A stretch of DNA of 64,000 nucleotides from positions 1 to 64,000 of the forward strand of contig JANRLD010000015.1 in assembly GCA_033762915.1 (NCBI GenBank). Reading direction: 5' to 3'. Below the pieces are notes generated by a model. That model was not told where the DNA came from. It worked only from the letters and a program-made list of their open reading frames with translations, and searched no databases. Positions within the stretch are counted from its first letter, which is position 1; each line of letters opens with the position of its first letter. This DNA is from Meiothermus sp. Its GTDB lineage: Bacteria > Deinococcota > Deinococci > Deinococcales > Thermaceae. The position numbers were made by a program, and so were the translations under genes. This document shows positions 39,790-52,019 of the stretch, in pieces.

Positions 39790-41085
39790 GTGTCCAAAAT
39801 GTTGTGGGGCTGGGTCGGGTTGGGGGTGGTGCTGGCTGGGCTGGGCCTAAACCAGGGACAGCCGGCGGCACGGCTGCTCGAGCGCCCAACCCTTGCCCCA
39901 TCCGACTTCGAGTACATCGGCTCTTTCGCGCCGCCCAAGGCCGCCGTCCCTAACTCCGAGGGTGGCCGATGGTCGACCGCCTACGGGTTCGGGGGTCTGG
40001 CCCTGCGGCGGGTGGGGGGCCGCCTGCACTTTTTTGCCAGCACCCATGTTTACAGCGGCGGCCAGGTCTACGAGATGGCCTTCCCGGGGCTGTCCAAGGT
40101 TTCGGGGCAATGGCCCAGTGCTCCCGTGGTCCGTGAGTGGGGAGACGTGTTCGGGGGGCGCAAGGTGCTGCTGACCTCCTCCGACCAAAGCCCCTGCGGC
40201 GGGCGGGACGGCGGGCTGGCCAACGGCGCTTGGACGCATGGGCTGTTCTGGGACCAGGGCCGGGGCGGGCTGTACTGGTCGTACGGCAGCCCCTACAATG
40301 GCGCCGGCTGTAACCACCCCGCGCTGGGGTTCAGCCGGTTGGGGGCGGGCGGCTCGAGCGCTCAGGGTCCTTGGTCGGTCAGGGCAGGCCCGGGGGTTCA
40401 TGCCCAGATGGTGCGCGGGGGGGTACTGCGGATCCCGGGCTGGTTTGCTCAGGCCTATACCGGCGGGCGAAGCCTTGGGCTGGGGTTCGGGGGCTACTAC
40501 AGCATCATCGCCCAGGGCTCCCAGGGCCCCAGTCTGTTCGCCGCCCACGACCCCGACCCCCGCTCCCCGCTGCTCGAGACCCTCCCGCTGCTCTCCTTCC
40601 CCCAGGGCCGCAAATCCACCCGCAACCCCGACTATGTTCTCAGCCGCGACGCCGCCGGGGGTACCCAGCCCTCCTGGGATAAGAATCCCCAAGCCGGCAG
40701 GGGCTTTTGGACCGCAGCAGACACCCTCGAGGGTGCGGCGGCTTGGATCGATACCCCCCAAAAACACGGGCTGATTTTTTTCCCCCGCCTGGGGCACGGC
40801 CGCATCGGCTACGAGGGCGGGGCCGTGACCTGGGGGCGGCAGCAGCAGTGGTGGTACATCTACAGCCCCAGAGACCTGGCGGCGGTGGCCCAGGGCCGCA
40901 GGCGGCCTTGGGAGGTTGAGCCAGCCCACACTGCCCCGGCCGACTTCGCTCTCGAGTACCCCGAAGCCCGGGTGACCGGAGCGGCTTTCGACCCTGTAGA
41001 CCAGGTGCTCTACCTCTATGTCTACCAGGCCTACCGCGAGGGGGCCGAGCTTTACCCGCTGGTGCGGGCCTACAGACTCAAGTAA
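39790..41085 (+). CDS. Secreted hypothetical protein (Gly/aromatic-rich, possibly beta-propeller)
   Basis: Hydrophobic N-terminus, 431-codon ORF with genomic codon bias; no family recognised. Confidence 0.65.
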   Translation: MSKMLWGWVGLGVVLAGLGLNQGQPAARLLERPTLAPSDFEYIGSFAPPKAAVPNSEGGRWSTAYGFGGLALRRVGGRLHFFASTHVYSGGQVYEMAFPGLSKVSGQWPSAPVVREWGDVFGGRKVLLTSSDQSPCGGRDGGLANGAWTHGLFWDQGRGGLYWSYGSPYNGAGCNHPALGFSRLGAGGSSAQGPWSVRAGPGVHAQMVRGGVLRIPGWFAQAYTGGRSLGLGFGGYYSIIAQGSQGPSLFAAHDPDPRSPLLETLPLLSFPQGRKSTRNPDYVLSRDAAGGTQPSWDKNPQAGRGFWTAADTLEGAAAWIDTPQKHGLIFFPRLGHGRIGYEGGAVTWGRQQQWWYIYSPRDLAAVAQGRRRPWEVEPAHTAPADFALEYPEARVTGAAFDPVDQVLYLYVYQAYREGAELYPLVRAYRLK

Positions 41086-41182
41086 GCGTTTGCGAAGCTG
41101 GACCGAATGGGGCCAAAGTCCGTTTCCCGCCGTGTTTTCGGGGCGCGGTGTGCGTGTCAACCCGCCCTTGGCGGTCGAGCCG

Positions 41183-43429
<2,247 letters not shown>

Positions 43430-43789
43430 AACCCACTCAGTGTAGCAAGAGGGTTTGGGTCAAATGTGTAGTGTGCGGTTGACCGAGTGGGCTGCTCGAG
43501 TTGGGACAGCGCTGGGTTTCGGACGGGACCTTGGTCGGCCCGCTCAGAGAGGGCCTGACCATACTGGCGCGATTCCAGGTAGGCGGGGCGCTGCTACGGT
43601 CGGCTGGCGGGTTTGGGGAAGTTTTGTGTTGATCGCGGTGCAAACGCTGCCCCGTTACCCTTGGTCCACAGGTAACGGTTGTACCTTGCCTCGAGCAGGC
43701 TCCCGAGAATCTACACTGTCTTTTGAGCAGGAAGGCTCGAGGTTACAAGACCTCCCCCCCCAGCTCGATTGATCTGTGGGAGCGCAGGG

Positions 43790-43816
43790 GAAAGGGGCGG
43801 ACTTCGGTCCGCCCCT
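43790..43816 (-). terminator. Hairpin downstream of clpS
   Basis: AGGGGCGGAC-4 nt loop-GTCCGCCCCT, followed by a short T-run on the minus strand. Confidence 0.55.
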
Positions 43817-43857
43817 CGCGCACTTAAAACAGAGGCACAGGCTGCCCTTTGCCCCCC

Positions 43858-44154
43858 TCACTCAGGCTCAATCGTGCACTGCAGCGGATACCCCTCGGCC
43901 TGGGCGGCGTCCATGACCTGGTTCATCTTGGTCTCGGCGATCTCGAAGGCGTAGACACCCGCTACCCCTACGCCGGCCTGGTGGACGCTCAGCATGACCT
44001 GGATGGCCTCAACCTCACTCTTCTTGAAGAAGGTCATGAGAATGTCCACCACGAAGTCCATCGGGGTGTAGTCGTCGTTTAGGAGCAACACCTTGTACAG
44101 GGGCGGTGTCGCGGTCTTGGCCTGGGTGCGGGTCTTGGTGGCGCTGTCGCTCAT
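43858..44154 (-). CDS. clpS: Clp protease adaptor ClpS
   Basis: [36 protein letters not shown]. Confidence 0.96.
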   Translation of the reverse strand: MSDSATKTRTQAKTATPPLYKVLLLNDDYTPMDFVVDILMTFFKKSEVEAIQVMLSVHQAGVGVAGVYAFEIAETKMNQVMDAAQAEGYPLQCTIEPE

Positions 44155-44224
44155 GGGGTGGAGGGTGCGCGGGAAACCGGAGGCGGCCCGGTGTGGTGCC
44201 GAAGTGCTCCCGGTTCCCTGGCCC

Positions 44225-44791
44225 CTATTTTATGGCCGCGAAGGGCCGGGCGGTCACGCTGACTCGAGCCGCGCTGAGGGTCACGCTGCCGCCGGTGCTG
44301 TTGACGTTGATGCGCAGGGCCATCCGGAAGCCGTTTTGCCTCTGGATCAGCTGCAGGGCGTTGGCGTTGACCGTGGGGCTGATCTGGATGTTGATGGGGA
44401 GGTCTTGGGTGGCCCCGGGGGCTAGGTCGAAGCTGGTGGCGTCGAGGGAGAAGTCGCCGCCCTGGTTGTCGGAGATGTCGGTATCGCCGGGAGGGGCCAT
44501 CCGGACGGCATAGCTGCCGGTGAAGTTGGTGTTGCCGGTGTTGGTTAGGCGCACGGTGCCGCTGATGCGCCCGCCTTCCACGATCTCGAGGGCCGGGAGT
44601 GGCACCAGGAAGCCGCCGGAACCGCTGGTGGGGAAGACCAGGTTCTGGGTGGTGCTGCCGAAGCTCTGGCTGCGTTGGGCCTCGGGGATCAGGCTGGCGA
44701 TGTTGACCGCCACGTTATAACGGGTCGCGGCGCTGCACCCCGCCAGCACCAGGGCCACTAGGGAAATTGCGAGCAGTTTCTTCACTTCCAC
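44225..44791 (-). CDS. Hypothetical lipoprotein (beta-rich)
   Basis: Lipobox LAGC; 5 bp downstream of the barrel gene. Confidence 0.82.
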   Translation of the reverse strand: MEVKKLLAISLVALVLAGCSAATRYNVAVNIASLIPEAQRSQSFGSTTQNLVFPTSGSGGFLVPLPALEIVEGGRISGTVRLTNTGNTNFTGSYAVRMAPPGDTDISDNQGGDFSLDATSFDLAPGATQDLPINIQISPTVNANALQLIQRQNGFRMALRINVNSTGGSVTLSAARVSVTARPFAAIK

Positions 44792-44796
44792 CCCCT

Positions 44797-46173
44797 CTAA
44801 AAGCTGAACCCGATGCTAAGCGCGATGCCGAATACCGTGCCGCCCACAATGGGTGCCTGGTGGGTGGTCAGGGCCGCGTCGGCGAGGAAGCCGGCCCCGC
44901 TGAAGCCCGCCCCGAGCCCGAACTTGAGCCCGTCCTCCCAGCCCAAACCGGCCCGAACACGACCAGGGCCGAGGATATACTCCCCGCCGATGTGAGTGGT
45001 GAATCTGCCGTCGTAGCCCAGGTCGGCTCCGTAGACCACCTCGCCCACCTCGAGCGCCTGCCGCGCCGCCGCATTGAGGAAGAAGGCGGGCGCGAAGACC
45101 GGTCCGCCGCGGCTGGAGCTGCTGGTGGTGGAGGTTCCGTCCCGGGCCACCGCGATCTGGGTGCCGCTCCAGCTGGCCAAGCCCAGCAGGTTGCGTACGC
45201 CCAGCCCCGCCGCAATACCCTGGCTCTCCAGTGCCACCCCGCCGTCGGCCCGAATGCCAAAGCCGAATCCCGCCCCGGGGTAGGAGTAAAACAGCGTGCT
45301 CTCGAACTGGGGGGCCTGGTTAGGCAGGCCGCTGCCGTCGGTGCGGAAAATGGCCCGGCCGCTGCCTTCGAAGTAGCCCAGCCCGTAGAAGGCCTCGCCG
45401 CGGGCACCCACATAAATGTTGGCGGTACCGAACTCGGGGATCGGGAGACTGGGCAAGGCGGTGGCGAAGCCGAAGCCGAGGCTGATTCCGGCCTGCCCGC
45501 TGGCGCTGCCGGTCAGGGCATAATCGGTATCGGGGTCGAGCCGCCCGCTGGCGATGGCCCGCCTGAGGTTGGCGTCCGGTGCCACCCCTAGCCCGAACCC
45601 GCCCGCGAACAGTCCCACGTCGCCGTAGAAGCCCCCGCCTAGCCCGAAGGGAATGCTGAACAGCGGTGCCGGGGTAAGCGCTCCGCTGCTGCGTACGCCG
45701 GTGGGTTGCCCCAGGCTCAGGCTGAGGTTGATGGGTCGGCCCAGATAGTCGGTCAGCTGGACGCCGCTGGCGCTGTACTCGAGGTTGATCTCGGGGTAGC
45801 CGGTGGCCGGATTGACGAAGGCGTTGGAGGAGGCGGGGTTGATCAGGAACTCGCCCAGGTGGGTGAACTGGTCGTAGAAGGTGAGGGCGTCGAATCCGCC
45901 GTTGGGGCTGGCGAACCCGGCCCGGTCGTAGAAGAAGCGAAGGGGGTTAGCCTCGCCCCGCAGCAGGCCCAGCAACCCTATCGGAAGCCGCAAGCCCTGG
46001 TCGGAGCCGTAGAGGCTTGGGAAGGCGGCGTAGGCCGGGTTAAGGTAGCTGGCGGCCGGGCCGGGCAGCACCAGGCCGCCCATTCCCAGGCTGCGCACCC
46101 CTTGGGCCAGCCCTGCGGTGGAGAGCACGAATAGGGCCACCGACCCGGCGATCATAGGAAGACGCTTCATCAC
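44797..46173 (-). CDS. Outer-membrane beta-barrel protein, FadL/PorV/TraF-like
   Basis: Signal peptide; GVRSLGMGG...SYLNPA hatch-like motif; amphipathic strands; C-terminal SIGFSF. Confidence 0.75.
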   Translation of the reverse strand: MMKRLPMIAGSVALFVLSTAGLAQGVRSLGMGGLVLPGPAASYLNPAYAAFPSLYGSDQGLRLPIGLLGLLRGEANPLRFFYDRAGFASPNGGFDALTFYDQFTHLGEFLINPASSNAFVNPATGYPEINLEYSASGVQLTDYLGRPINLSLSLGQPTGVRSSGALTPAPLFSIPFGLGGGFYGDVGLFAGGFGLGVAPDANLRRAIASGRLDPDTDYALTGSASGQAGISLGFGFATALPSLPIPEFGTANIYVGARGEAFYGLGYFEGSGRAIFRTDGSGLPNQAPQFESTLFYSYPGAGFGFGIRADGGVALESQGIAAGLGVRNLLGLASWSGTQIAVARDGTSTTSSSSRGGPVFAPAFFLNAAARQALEVGEVVYGADLGYDGRFTTHIGGEYILGPGRVRAGLGWEDGLKFGLGAGFSGAGFLADAALTTHQAPIVGGTVFGIALSIGFSF

Positions 46174-46246
46174 CGGGCCATTATCGCCCTTGATCGAGGG
46201 ATTGAGGGGGGTAAACGAACAAGATATCTACCGCCGCTTGGTGGCA

Positions 46247-46546
46247 CTAACCGCCTGAGATGGCTCCCACGATCAACAGCGGCTCGAGGCCGCCGGCTAC
46301 CTCGGCCGGCAAAGGCTTATCGCCCGGCTCAAACGACCAGTCCACCTCGCAGGCGAAGTAGCGCACCATCGGGCGGCGCTGTTGGGTCTGGGCGTCGCGG
46401 ATGGTGCCCCGGAGGACCGGGTGGCGGGCCTCGAGGGCCGCCAGAACCCCGTCGAGGGTGGCGGGACCAGCGACCTCCAGCCGTACCTCGGGGCCCTCGA
46501 GGCCGGCCAGGGTGCGAAGGTGGTGGGGCAGCCAGACCCGAATCAT
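46247..46546 (-). CDS. MoaD/ThiS family ubiquitin-like protein
   Basis: Beta-grasp pattern IRVWLP..LR.LAG...; C-terminal AISGG. Confidence 0.92.
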   Translation of the reverse strand: MIRVWLPHHLRTLAGLEGPEVRLEVAGPATLDGVLAALEARHPVLRGTIRDAQTQQRRPMVRYFACEVDWSFEPGDKPLPAEVAGGLEPLLIVGAISGG

Positions 46547-46552
46547 GCCGGC

Positions 46553-47047
46553 CTACCGCGGGTTGAGCAGGTCGGTGTCCTGCCCGCCCTCGAAGACGGC
46601 GGGATGACCCAGCACCCGGCCCAGGGCCAGCATCTGGCCCTTGTGGTGGAACTCGTGGGTGACCGGGTGCATCACCAGCCAGCGCTGGCTAACCGTGAGC
46701 CGGACTTCGGGGTTGGGGTGGTTGCAAACGTACACCCGGTCGGGGTCGGTGAAGGTCTCGAGGGCTTCTTCCATCACCGCGTCCACCCGGTCGAAGTAGG
46801 CCCGCATGGCGGCGGTGTCGACCAGACTGGGCGGGCTTACCGCAGAGTGCGGCCTCCCCAGCCCGATCTGCTCGATCCACCACAAGTAGCAGTCGGCGGT
46901 GTGGGCGTGAATATTGCGAATGCTCCCGTAGGCAAAGTCGGGGCGCTCGTGGGTGTAGACCCCCCGGGGCAGCCGATGGGTGTAGTCGAAGACCATCGCC
47001 CTGGATTGCTTCACCCAGCCGTACAGCGTGCGCAAATCTTGGTTCAT
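46553..47047 (-). CDS. DinB family protein
   Basis: GSIRNIHAH ... VTHEFHHKGQ His triad; SD GGAGG. Confidence 0.9.
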   Translation of the reverse strand: MNQDLRTLYGWVKQSRAMVFDYTHRLPRGVYTHERPDFAYGSIRNIHAHTADCYLWWIEQIGLGRPHSAVSPPSLVDTAAMRAYFDRVDAVMEEALETFTDPDRVYVCNHPNPEVRLTVSQRWLVMHPVTHEFHHKGQMLALGRVLGHPAVFEGGQDTDLLNPR

Positions 47048-47082
47048 CGTCAGACCTCCAGTCTGCGTTCGTTGTTCGTAGG

Positions 47083-47610
47083 TCAAGTGTTTCCCGCTGG
47101 CTCGGGCAGGTACCATAGCAGGTCCAGGGCCGGGGGTTTGATGCCCTGGGTGCGCAGCAGCACTGCGATCTGCGCAGTGTGGCGCATCTCGTGGACCATC
47201 ACGTGCCATAGCAGTCCGCCCACGGAATAGCGCTTTTCGGGGTCGTCGTGTGGGCTCATGACCCGTTGCTGTTCGGCCTCGGTCAGGGTATTCAGGTAGC
47301 CCAGCGTGCTTGCCTCGACGGCCCGCCAGTAGTCCAGTAGCGTCTCGAGCGCAAACCCCGCGTACTCTGGGCCGCCCAGGGTGTCCTTAAGCAGCGGGGT
47401 GCTGACCAGCACTGGCTCGGTGCGCTGGATGTCCTCGTGCAGCCAGAAATCCTCCACCGAGGCGACGTGAAACACCAGATCCTTGATGCAGCGCAGCCGC
47501 TCGCCGCCGAGCAGGGGGCGCGAAAGCACCTCATCGGGAATGGCCTCGAGCCCCGCCCACAGCTCCCGCCGGGCCTGCACCAGGTAGCCGTACATCTCAG
47601 GGATGTTCAT
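47083..47610 (-). CDS. DinB family protein
   Basis: IKDLVFHVA ... VHEMRHTAQ. Confidence 0.9.
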   Translation of the reverse strand: MNIPEMYGYLVQARRELWAGLEAIPDEVLSRPLLGGERLRCIKDLVFHVASVEDFWLHEDIQRTEPVLVSTPLLKDTLGGPEYAGFALETLLDYWRAVEASTLGYLNTLTEAEQQRVMSPHDDPEKRYSVGGLLWHVMVHEMRHTAQIAVLLRTQGIKPPALDLLWYLPEPAGNT

Positions 47611-47912
47611 CGCTGCTTCCCCTCATCGAGTCCTACCTCGAGCCTGACCCAAATGGTCTGGCCTGCCTCGAGTCCCTCGGCCTGTCGGACCCGATCCTTC
47701 AGCGGAACAACGTACCGGCCGTCCTTGGGCCACAGAGAGGTCTTCCACTCGGTCTGGCCGATACAGACCTTTACGGGAATCATGCCCCAGCCGTACGTCA
47801 GCAGCCGCTCGGCGCTCTTGATGGCCTGGCTCTGCTCTTCGGGCACGCTAACGAAGTAAAACGGGGCCGGACCGCGCCACTCCCAGATTTTGCCGCTGAA
47901 CTCGAGGCTCAT
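47607..47912 (-). CDS. DUF1905 domain protein
   Basis: WRGPAPFYFVSVP, GWGMIPV, WKTSLWPKDGRYVVPLK. Confidence 0.85.
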   Translation of the reverse strand: MSLEFSGKIWEWRGPAPFYFVSVPEEQSQAIKSAERLLTYGWGMIPVKVCIGQTEWKTSLWPKDGRYVVPLKDRVRQAEGLEAGQTIWVRLEVGLDEGKQR

Positions 47913-47918
47913 ACCACC

Positions 47919-48494
47919 CTACCCTTCGGCCTCATCAGGCAAGAGGTTCACCGGGTGGCCCGGTATGGGTTCGTAGATCAGCAGCATCACGCCCGAGCCG
48001 AGGTCTCTCGACGAACTGAGGTTCAGGGGAAGCCTGTCCCCCCCGGCGAACAGGCGCTTCCCGATCCCCAGGACGAGCGGAAAGACCATCAGCCGCAGTT
48101 CGTCCACCAGGCCGTGCCGCAACAATGTCTGAGCGAAGGTGCCGCTGCCGTAGACCAGGAGGCTCTGCCCCTCCTGCCGCTTCAGACCCTCCACTGCCGC
48201 AACCACCTCGCCCTGGAGGACGGTGGCGTTCCACTCGAGGGCCTTGAGGGTGGTGGTGGCGACATGCTTGGGAAGGCGGTTCATCCGGTCGGCGAAGGCG
48301 CTCTTACCCGCCTGGGCGGGCCAATACCTGGCAAACCCTTCATAGGTCACGCGGCCCAGCAGCAGGGCGTCGCTCTCAAATAGCTCGGCGTGCTTGAACG
48401 GGCCGTCGTCCGGCGAGTAGTCCGACTGCCAGGGGACCGACTGGTCGTACACGCCGTCGAGGGTCAGGAATTCGGTGACGATCAGTCTACGCAC
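47919..48494 (-). CDS. Dihydrofolate reductase family (RibD C-terminal-like) protein
   Basis: TLDGV, LLGRVTYE, YGSGT, LVDELRLMVFPLVLG.GKRLF. Confidence 0.9.
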   Translation of the reverse strand: MRRLIVTEFLTLDGVYDQSVPWQSDYSPDDGPFKHAELFESDALLLGRVTYEGFARYWPAQAGKSAFADRMNRLPKHVATTTLKALEWNATVLQGEVVAAVEGLKRQEGQSLLVYGSGTFAQTLLRHGLVDELRLMVFPLVLGIGKRLFAGGDRLPLNLSSSRDLGSGVMLLIYEPIPGHPVNLLPDEAEG

Positions 48495-48516
48495 AGGCGT
48501 TCCTTTCCGGCAGGCG

Positions 48517-49026
48517 TCAGCGGCCCATCCCGAAGCGCTCGGCCAAAAGCGAGGCGGATATGGCCTCGGCCGAAGCGCTGTCGCCGGTGACGGCGCGGCG
48601 GTGGTAGTCGATCTGCCCGAGGTGGTAGGCCAGGTGGCTAAGGAACTGGAGCAGGGTCAGCCGGGTCGGGATCGGCGCGTCGGCGTACTGAACCGGGAAG
48701 TCTTGCTCGAGGCGGTTCTCGGACAGGTGGGCGAACCCCGCCAGCAACCCCTCCCGGGCCCTCGAGAGCTCCAAGCGGATCTCGGAACGTGGTACTCCGC
48801 GCCGGCTGAACTCGGCTGCCCGGTCCCGATGGTATCCCGACCCGCCCAGCACCGCCCCGAAGAAGTGTTGCAGGCTGCCCGAGAGGTGCAAGAACAGGGT
48901 ACCGGCCGGGTTGGGGAGGCCCGGCAGCTCGGCCCAGACGCTCGGGTCGTCGGGGTAGAGGTCCAGTTCGCGCTCGAGGGTCGCCACCTCGCGCAAGTAC
49001 AGGGCTTTCAAATCCTCGAGCAACAT
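48517..49026 (-). CDS. DinB-superfamily protein (DUF1572-like)
   Basis: NPAGTLFLHLSG, RDRAAEF, HLAYHLGQIDYHRR; SD GGGAGG. Confidence 0.88.
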   Translation of the reverse strand: MLLEDLKALYLREVATLERELDLYPDDPSVWAELPGLPNPAGTLFLHLSGSLQHFFGAVLGGSGYHRDRAAEFSRRGVPRSEIRLELSRAREGLLAGFAHLSENRLEQDFPVQYADAPIPTRLTLLQFLSHLAYHLGQIDYHRRAVTGDSASAEAISASLLAERFGMGR

Positions 49027-49057
49027 GGGCCACCTCCCTCGGGAGTGTACGGCATAT

Positions 49058-49582
49058 CTACCAGATTTCCTTGCGCCAGAGGCTCCAAACCACTTTTTCT
49101 TCCTGCTCATCACCCCAAACCTGCCCGGCGGCCTTCAGCGCCAGCTTGATCTGCCCGAAGTGGTAGCCCTCGTGCCAGAGCATGTGCTGCAAGAGTAGAA
49201 CGGGGTGGTCGTAACTGGCGTGTTCGCCCCGCATGGGTTGGCCGGTCTCGAGGCGGCTTCGCACCGCGTCGCAGACTGCCTGGGCGCTCTGCTTCAGGGC
49301 CTCCTCGATGCGGGCGGGGTCTCGCTCGGCCAGCCAATCGTCGCCGTCTTGACGGAACAGTTGAAGCAGGCCTTCCCTGAACTCCGGCGCGACTTGTCCC
49401 AGCCAGAACAGCCGGGTGTTCTGGATGTGCGAGATCTGCACCGCAACCGACTGGCTGCCCTCGATGGCCCTGAAGTTCATCCCGCCTTCGGGCAGCGCGT
49501 GGAGCAGGTTAAGCAAGATGGCGTTGTTGCGTTGATAGGAGTCCAGTATGGCCTCGAGCAGGCCGTCGGATGGGGTGGTCAT
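49058..49582 (-). CDS. DinB family protein
   Basis: QISHI ... HMLWHEGYHFGQI. Confidence 0.88.
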   Translation of the reverse strand: MTTPSDGLLEAILDSYQRNNAILLNLLHALPEGGMNFRAIEGSQSVAVQISHIQNTRLFWLGQVAPEFREGLLQLFRQDGDDWLAERDPARIEEALKQSAQAVCDAVRSRLETGQPMRGEHASYDHPVLLLQHMLWHEGYHFGQIKLALKAAGQVWGDEQEEKVVWSLWRKEIW

Positions 49583-49671
49583 GGTGTCCTTTCCTGGCGT
49601 GTTGGTTAGCGTTTGGCAGTGTTACATCAAGAGCAAAAGGTCAAAAGCTAACCGCCAATCACCCGCACTTC

Positions 49672-50787
49672 TCATCCTAAAGTCTGCACTTCAACCGACA
49701 ACACCGGCGGCAAGTCCCGCACTGCCGTGTGCCAGGTGTCGCCGCCATCGGGTGAGGCGTAGACCTGACCCCCGGTGGTGCCGAAGTAGACCCCGCACTC
49801 CGGCAGTCGGTCCACCGCCATTGCATCGCGCAGGACATTCACGTAGCAGTCCTGCTGCGGCAGGCCGTGGGTCAGGGCCTCCCACTCGCCACCGCCGTTC
49901 CTACTGCGGTAGACGCGCAGTTTTCCCTCGGGCGGGTAGTGCTCGGAGTCGCTTTTGATGGGTATCACGTAGACGGTTTCGGGCTGGTGGGCGTGCACAT
50001 CGACCACGAAGCCGAAGTCGGAGGGAAGGTTGCCGCTGACCTCGCGCCATTGCTCGCCCGCATCGTCGGTTCGTAGGACGTCCCAGTGTTTCTGCATGAA
50101 GAGCGTCTCGGGCCTGCCGGGGTGGAAGGCCAGACGGTGAACGCAGTGCCCCACCTCGGCGTCCTGGTCGGGCATGTGGTCGGAGCGCAGCCCTTTGTTG
50201 ATGGGTTTCCAGCTCTGGCCGCCGTCGTCCGATCGGAAGGCCCCCGCTGCCGAGATGGCCACGAAGATGCGGCCGGGGTGAATCGGGTCGAGCAGGATGG
50301 TGTGTAGGCAGAGGCCGCCCGCACCCGGTGCCCAGGTGTTGCCGGTGGTGTGCTGCCGCAGACCGGAAAGCTCATGCCAGCTCATCCCGCCATCGGTGGA
50401 ACGGAACAGCGCGGCGTCCTCGGCCCCCGCATAGACCGTGTCGGGGTCGCGCAGGTCGGGCTCGAGGTGCCAGACCCGCTTGAACTCAAAGGGGTGCGGG
50501 GTCCCGTCGTACCACTGGTGGGTACCGGCCTCGCCCGCGTAAACAAAGTCTTTGCCCACCGCCGCCCAGGTGCGCCCGCCGTCGTCGGAGCGCTGGACGA
50601 TCTGCCCGAACCAGTCCATCGACTGCGAGGTGTAGATCCGGTCCGGATTGGCCGGAGAGCCCTTGATGTGGTAGACCGCCCACCCACCGAAGTGCGGCCC
50701 CTCGACCTTCCATTCCTTGCGCCCCTCGTCCGAGGTCAGCACGAAGGCCCCCTTGCGTGTCCCCACCAACAGCCTCACGCCTGCCAT
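49672..50787 (-). CDS. BNR/Asp-box repeat beta-propeller protein
   Basis: [10 protein letters not shown] and six S/TxDxGxxW Asp-box-type motifs; conserved-looking CLH, GHCVH, MQKH. Confidence 0.92.
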   Translation of the reverse strand: MAGVRLLVGTRKGAFVLTSDEGRKEWKVEGPHFGGWAVYHIKGSPANPDRIYTSQSMDWFGQIVQRSDDGGRTWAAVGKDFVYAGEAGTHQWYDGTPHPFEFKRVWHLEPDLRDPDTVYAGAEDAALFRSTDGGMSWHELSGLRQHTTGNTWAPGAGGLCLHTILLDPIHPGRIFVAISAAGAFRSDDGGQSWKPINKGLRSDHMPDQDAEVGHCVHRLAFHPGRPETLFMQKHWDVLRTDDAGEQWREVSGNLPSDFGFVVDVHAHQPETVYVIPIKSDSEHYPPEGKLRVYRSRNGGGEWEALTHGLPQQDCYVNVLRDAMAVDRLPECGVYFGTTGGQVYASPDGGDTWHTAVRDLPPVLSVEVQTLG

Positions 50788-51139
50788 AAAGCCTCCCTTT
50801 CCTGCGATAAGTGTTTTCTTGCCTTTGTTTTTACTGCTCTCTTCTATAAGGCCAATCCCTTTGAGATGGTCTCGCCCTCACGGTCGATTTAAATCGCCTC
50901 TAGCCTGTCACTCTGAGCAGCGTCGAAGGGTACACTCCTGCACCACTTCATCCAGTCCTCTTGGGGGACGACGGTCTATTCGAAACATTGCGGGGCGCTT
51001 TTCGTAGGTGTTTCGATCAACCACAACCACGCTTCGCTTTGCTCAACACGATAGGGTTTAGGGTAGGGAGGGTTGTGGGCCTCGAGGCGAAAAACTGTGA
51101 TATCAAGAGTGCACTTCATAAGCCTCGAGCCCCGCAAAA

Positions 51140-51502
51140 CTACACCTCCTGGAAAATCCGCAGGCAGACGCCGGAGGGGTCGAGCACGCTGAACTCGCGC
51201 TGGCCCCAGGGCTTGTTCTCGAGTCGTCCGTTGGGGTGCACAATGCCCGCAGCTTCGCAGGCCACGTAAATCAAGTCGACCTCGTCGACCTGAAGCCGAA
51301 GCGAGTAGTTCTCGGCGAAGGCGCGCCCGGGCTCGAGGTAAAAGTGCAACTCGAGACCCTCCCGGCTTACCCCACCGTAGTCGGCGGGAGCGCCCCAGGA
51401 AAAGGGCTCGGAGAAGCCAAGGTGCCGCTGGTAGAACTCGAGGGACTGCTCTACGTTCTGGCTCGGGATGACGGGTACGGTCTGGAGGAGTTTAGAGGGC
51501 AT
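51140..51502 (-). CDS. VOC family protein (bleomycin-resistance-like)
   Basis: SLEFY..LGF, KPWGQREFSVLDPSG. Confidence 0.88.
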   Translation of the reverse strand: MPSKLLQTVPVIPSQNVEQSLEFYQRHLGFSEPFSWGAPADYGGVSREGLELHFYLEPGRAFAENYSLRLQVDEVDLIYVACEAAGIVHPNGRLENKPWGQREFSVLDPSGVCLRIFQEV

Positions 51503-51604
51503 GGGGTTTCCTCGAAAGCTCAGGGGTTACGAAGAAGGATAGGGCAGAAACCTTCAGTTCAGTTCACCAGCAGGCGGTCCGTCTCGGGCCTCCGGCCGAA
51601 CCAC

Positions 51605-52000
51605 CTACACCGGCTCGGCCGCTGTGGCTTCGGCAGCCCGCTCACTCTGCGGAGCCTGGGTCAGCGAGAGCAGGTTGCCGTCGGGATCTTTGAACCACGC
51701 CACCCTGGCACCGCCCTCGGCGGTCCAGATGCCCTGGTCGTCCTGGGGTAGCCAAGCGAAGCGCTCCGGGGCCAGCCCTAAGCGCTGAAGGGTGGCCTCG
51801 AGGTCGCCTACCTCCCAGCCCAACACAGTGAAGGGCTGGGGCGTGAGGGACGCAACCTTTTGGATATGCAAGGTTTCGCCGCGGCGGCGCATCACCACCG
51901 CAAAGGGCTCGTCTGCGACCAGGGCGAAGCCCAGCCGGTCGCGGTAGAACTCCAGGGCCTCTTGGGGTCGTATGGAGGCGACGAAAAGTATGGGCTGCAT
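51605..52000 (-). CDS. VOC family protein
   Basis: FYRDRLGF, VAWFKDPDGNLLSL. Confidence 0.88.
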   Translation of the reverse strand: MQPILFVASIRPQEALEFYRDRLGFALVADEPFAVVMRRRGETLHIQKVASLTPQPFTVLGWEVGDLEATLQRLGLAPERFAWLPQDDQGIWTAEGGARVAWFKDPDGNLLSLTQAPQSERAAEATAAEPV

Positions 52001-52019
52001 CGCTGGCCTCTCAGGTTCC

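Noticed and set aside
49672..50787. Calling the propeller a sialidase
   Set aside because: Asp-boxes are structural; no signal peptide or recognisable RIP/Arg-triad motif
50790..50900. Possible RDRM upstream of the propeller operon
   Set aside because: Best candidate (TTACTGCTCTCTTCTATAA) does not fit the 17-bp spacing
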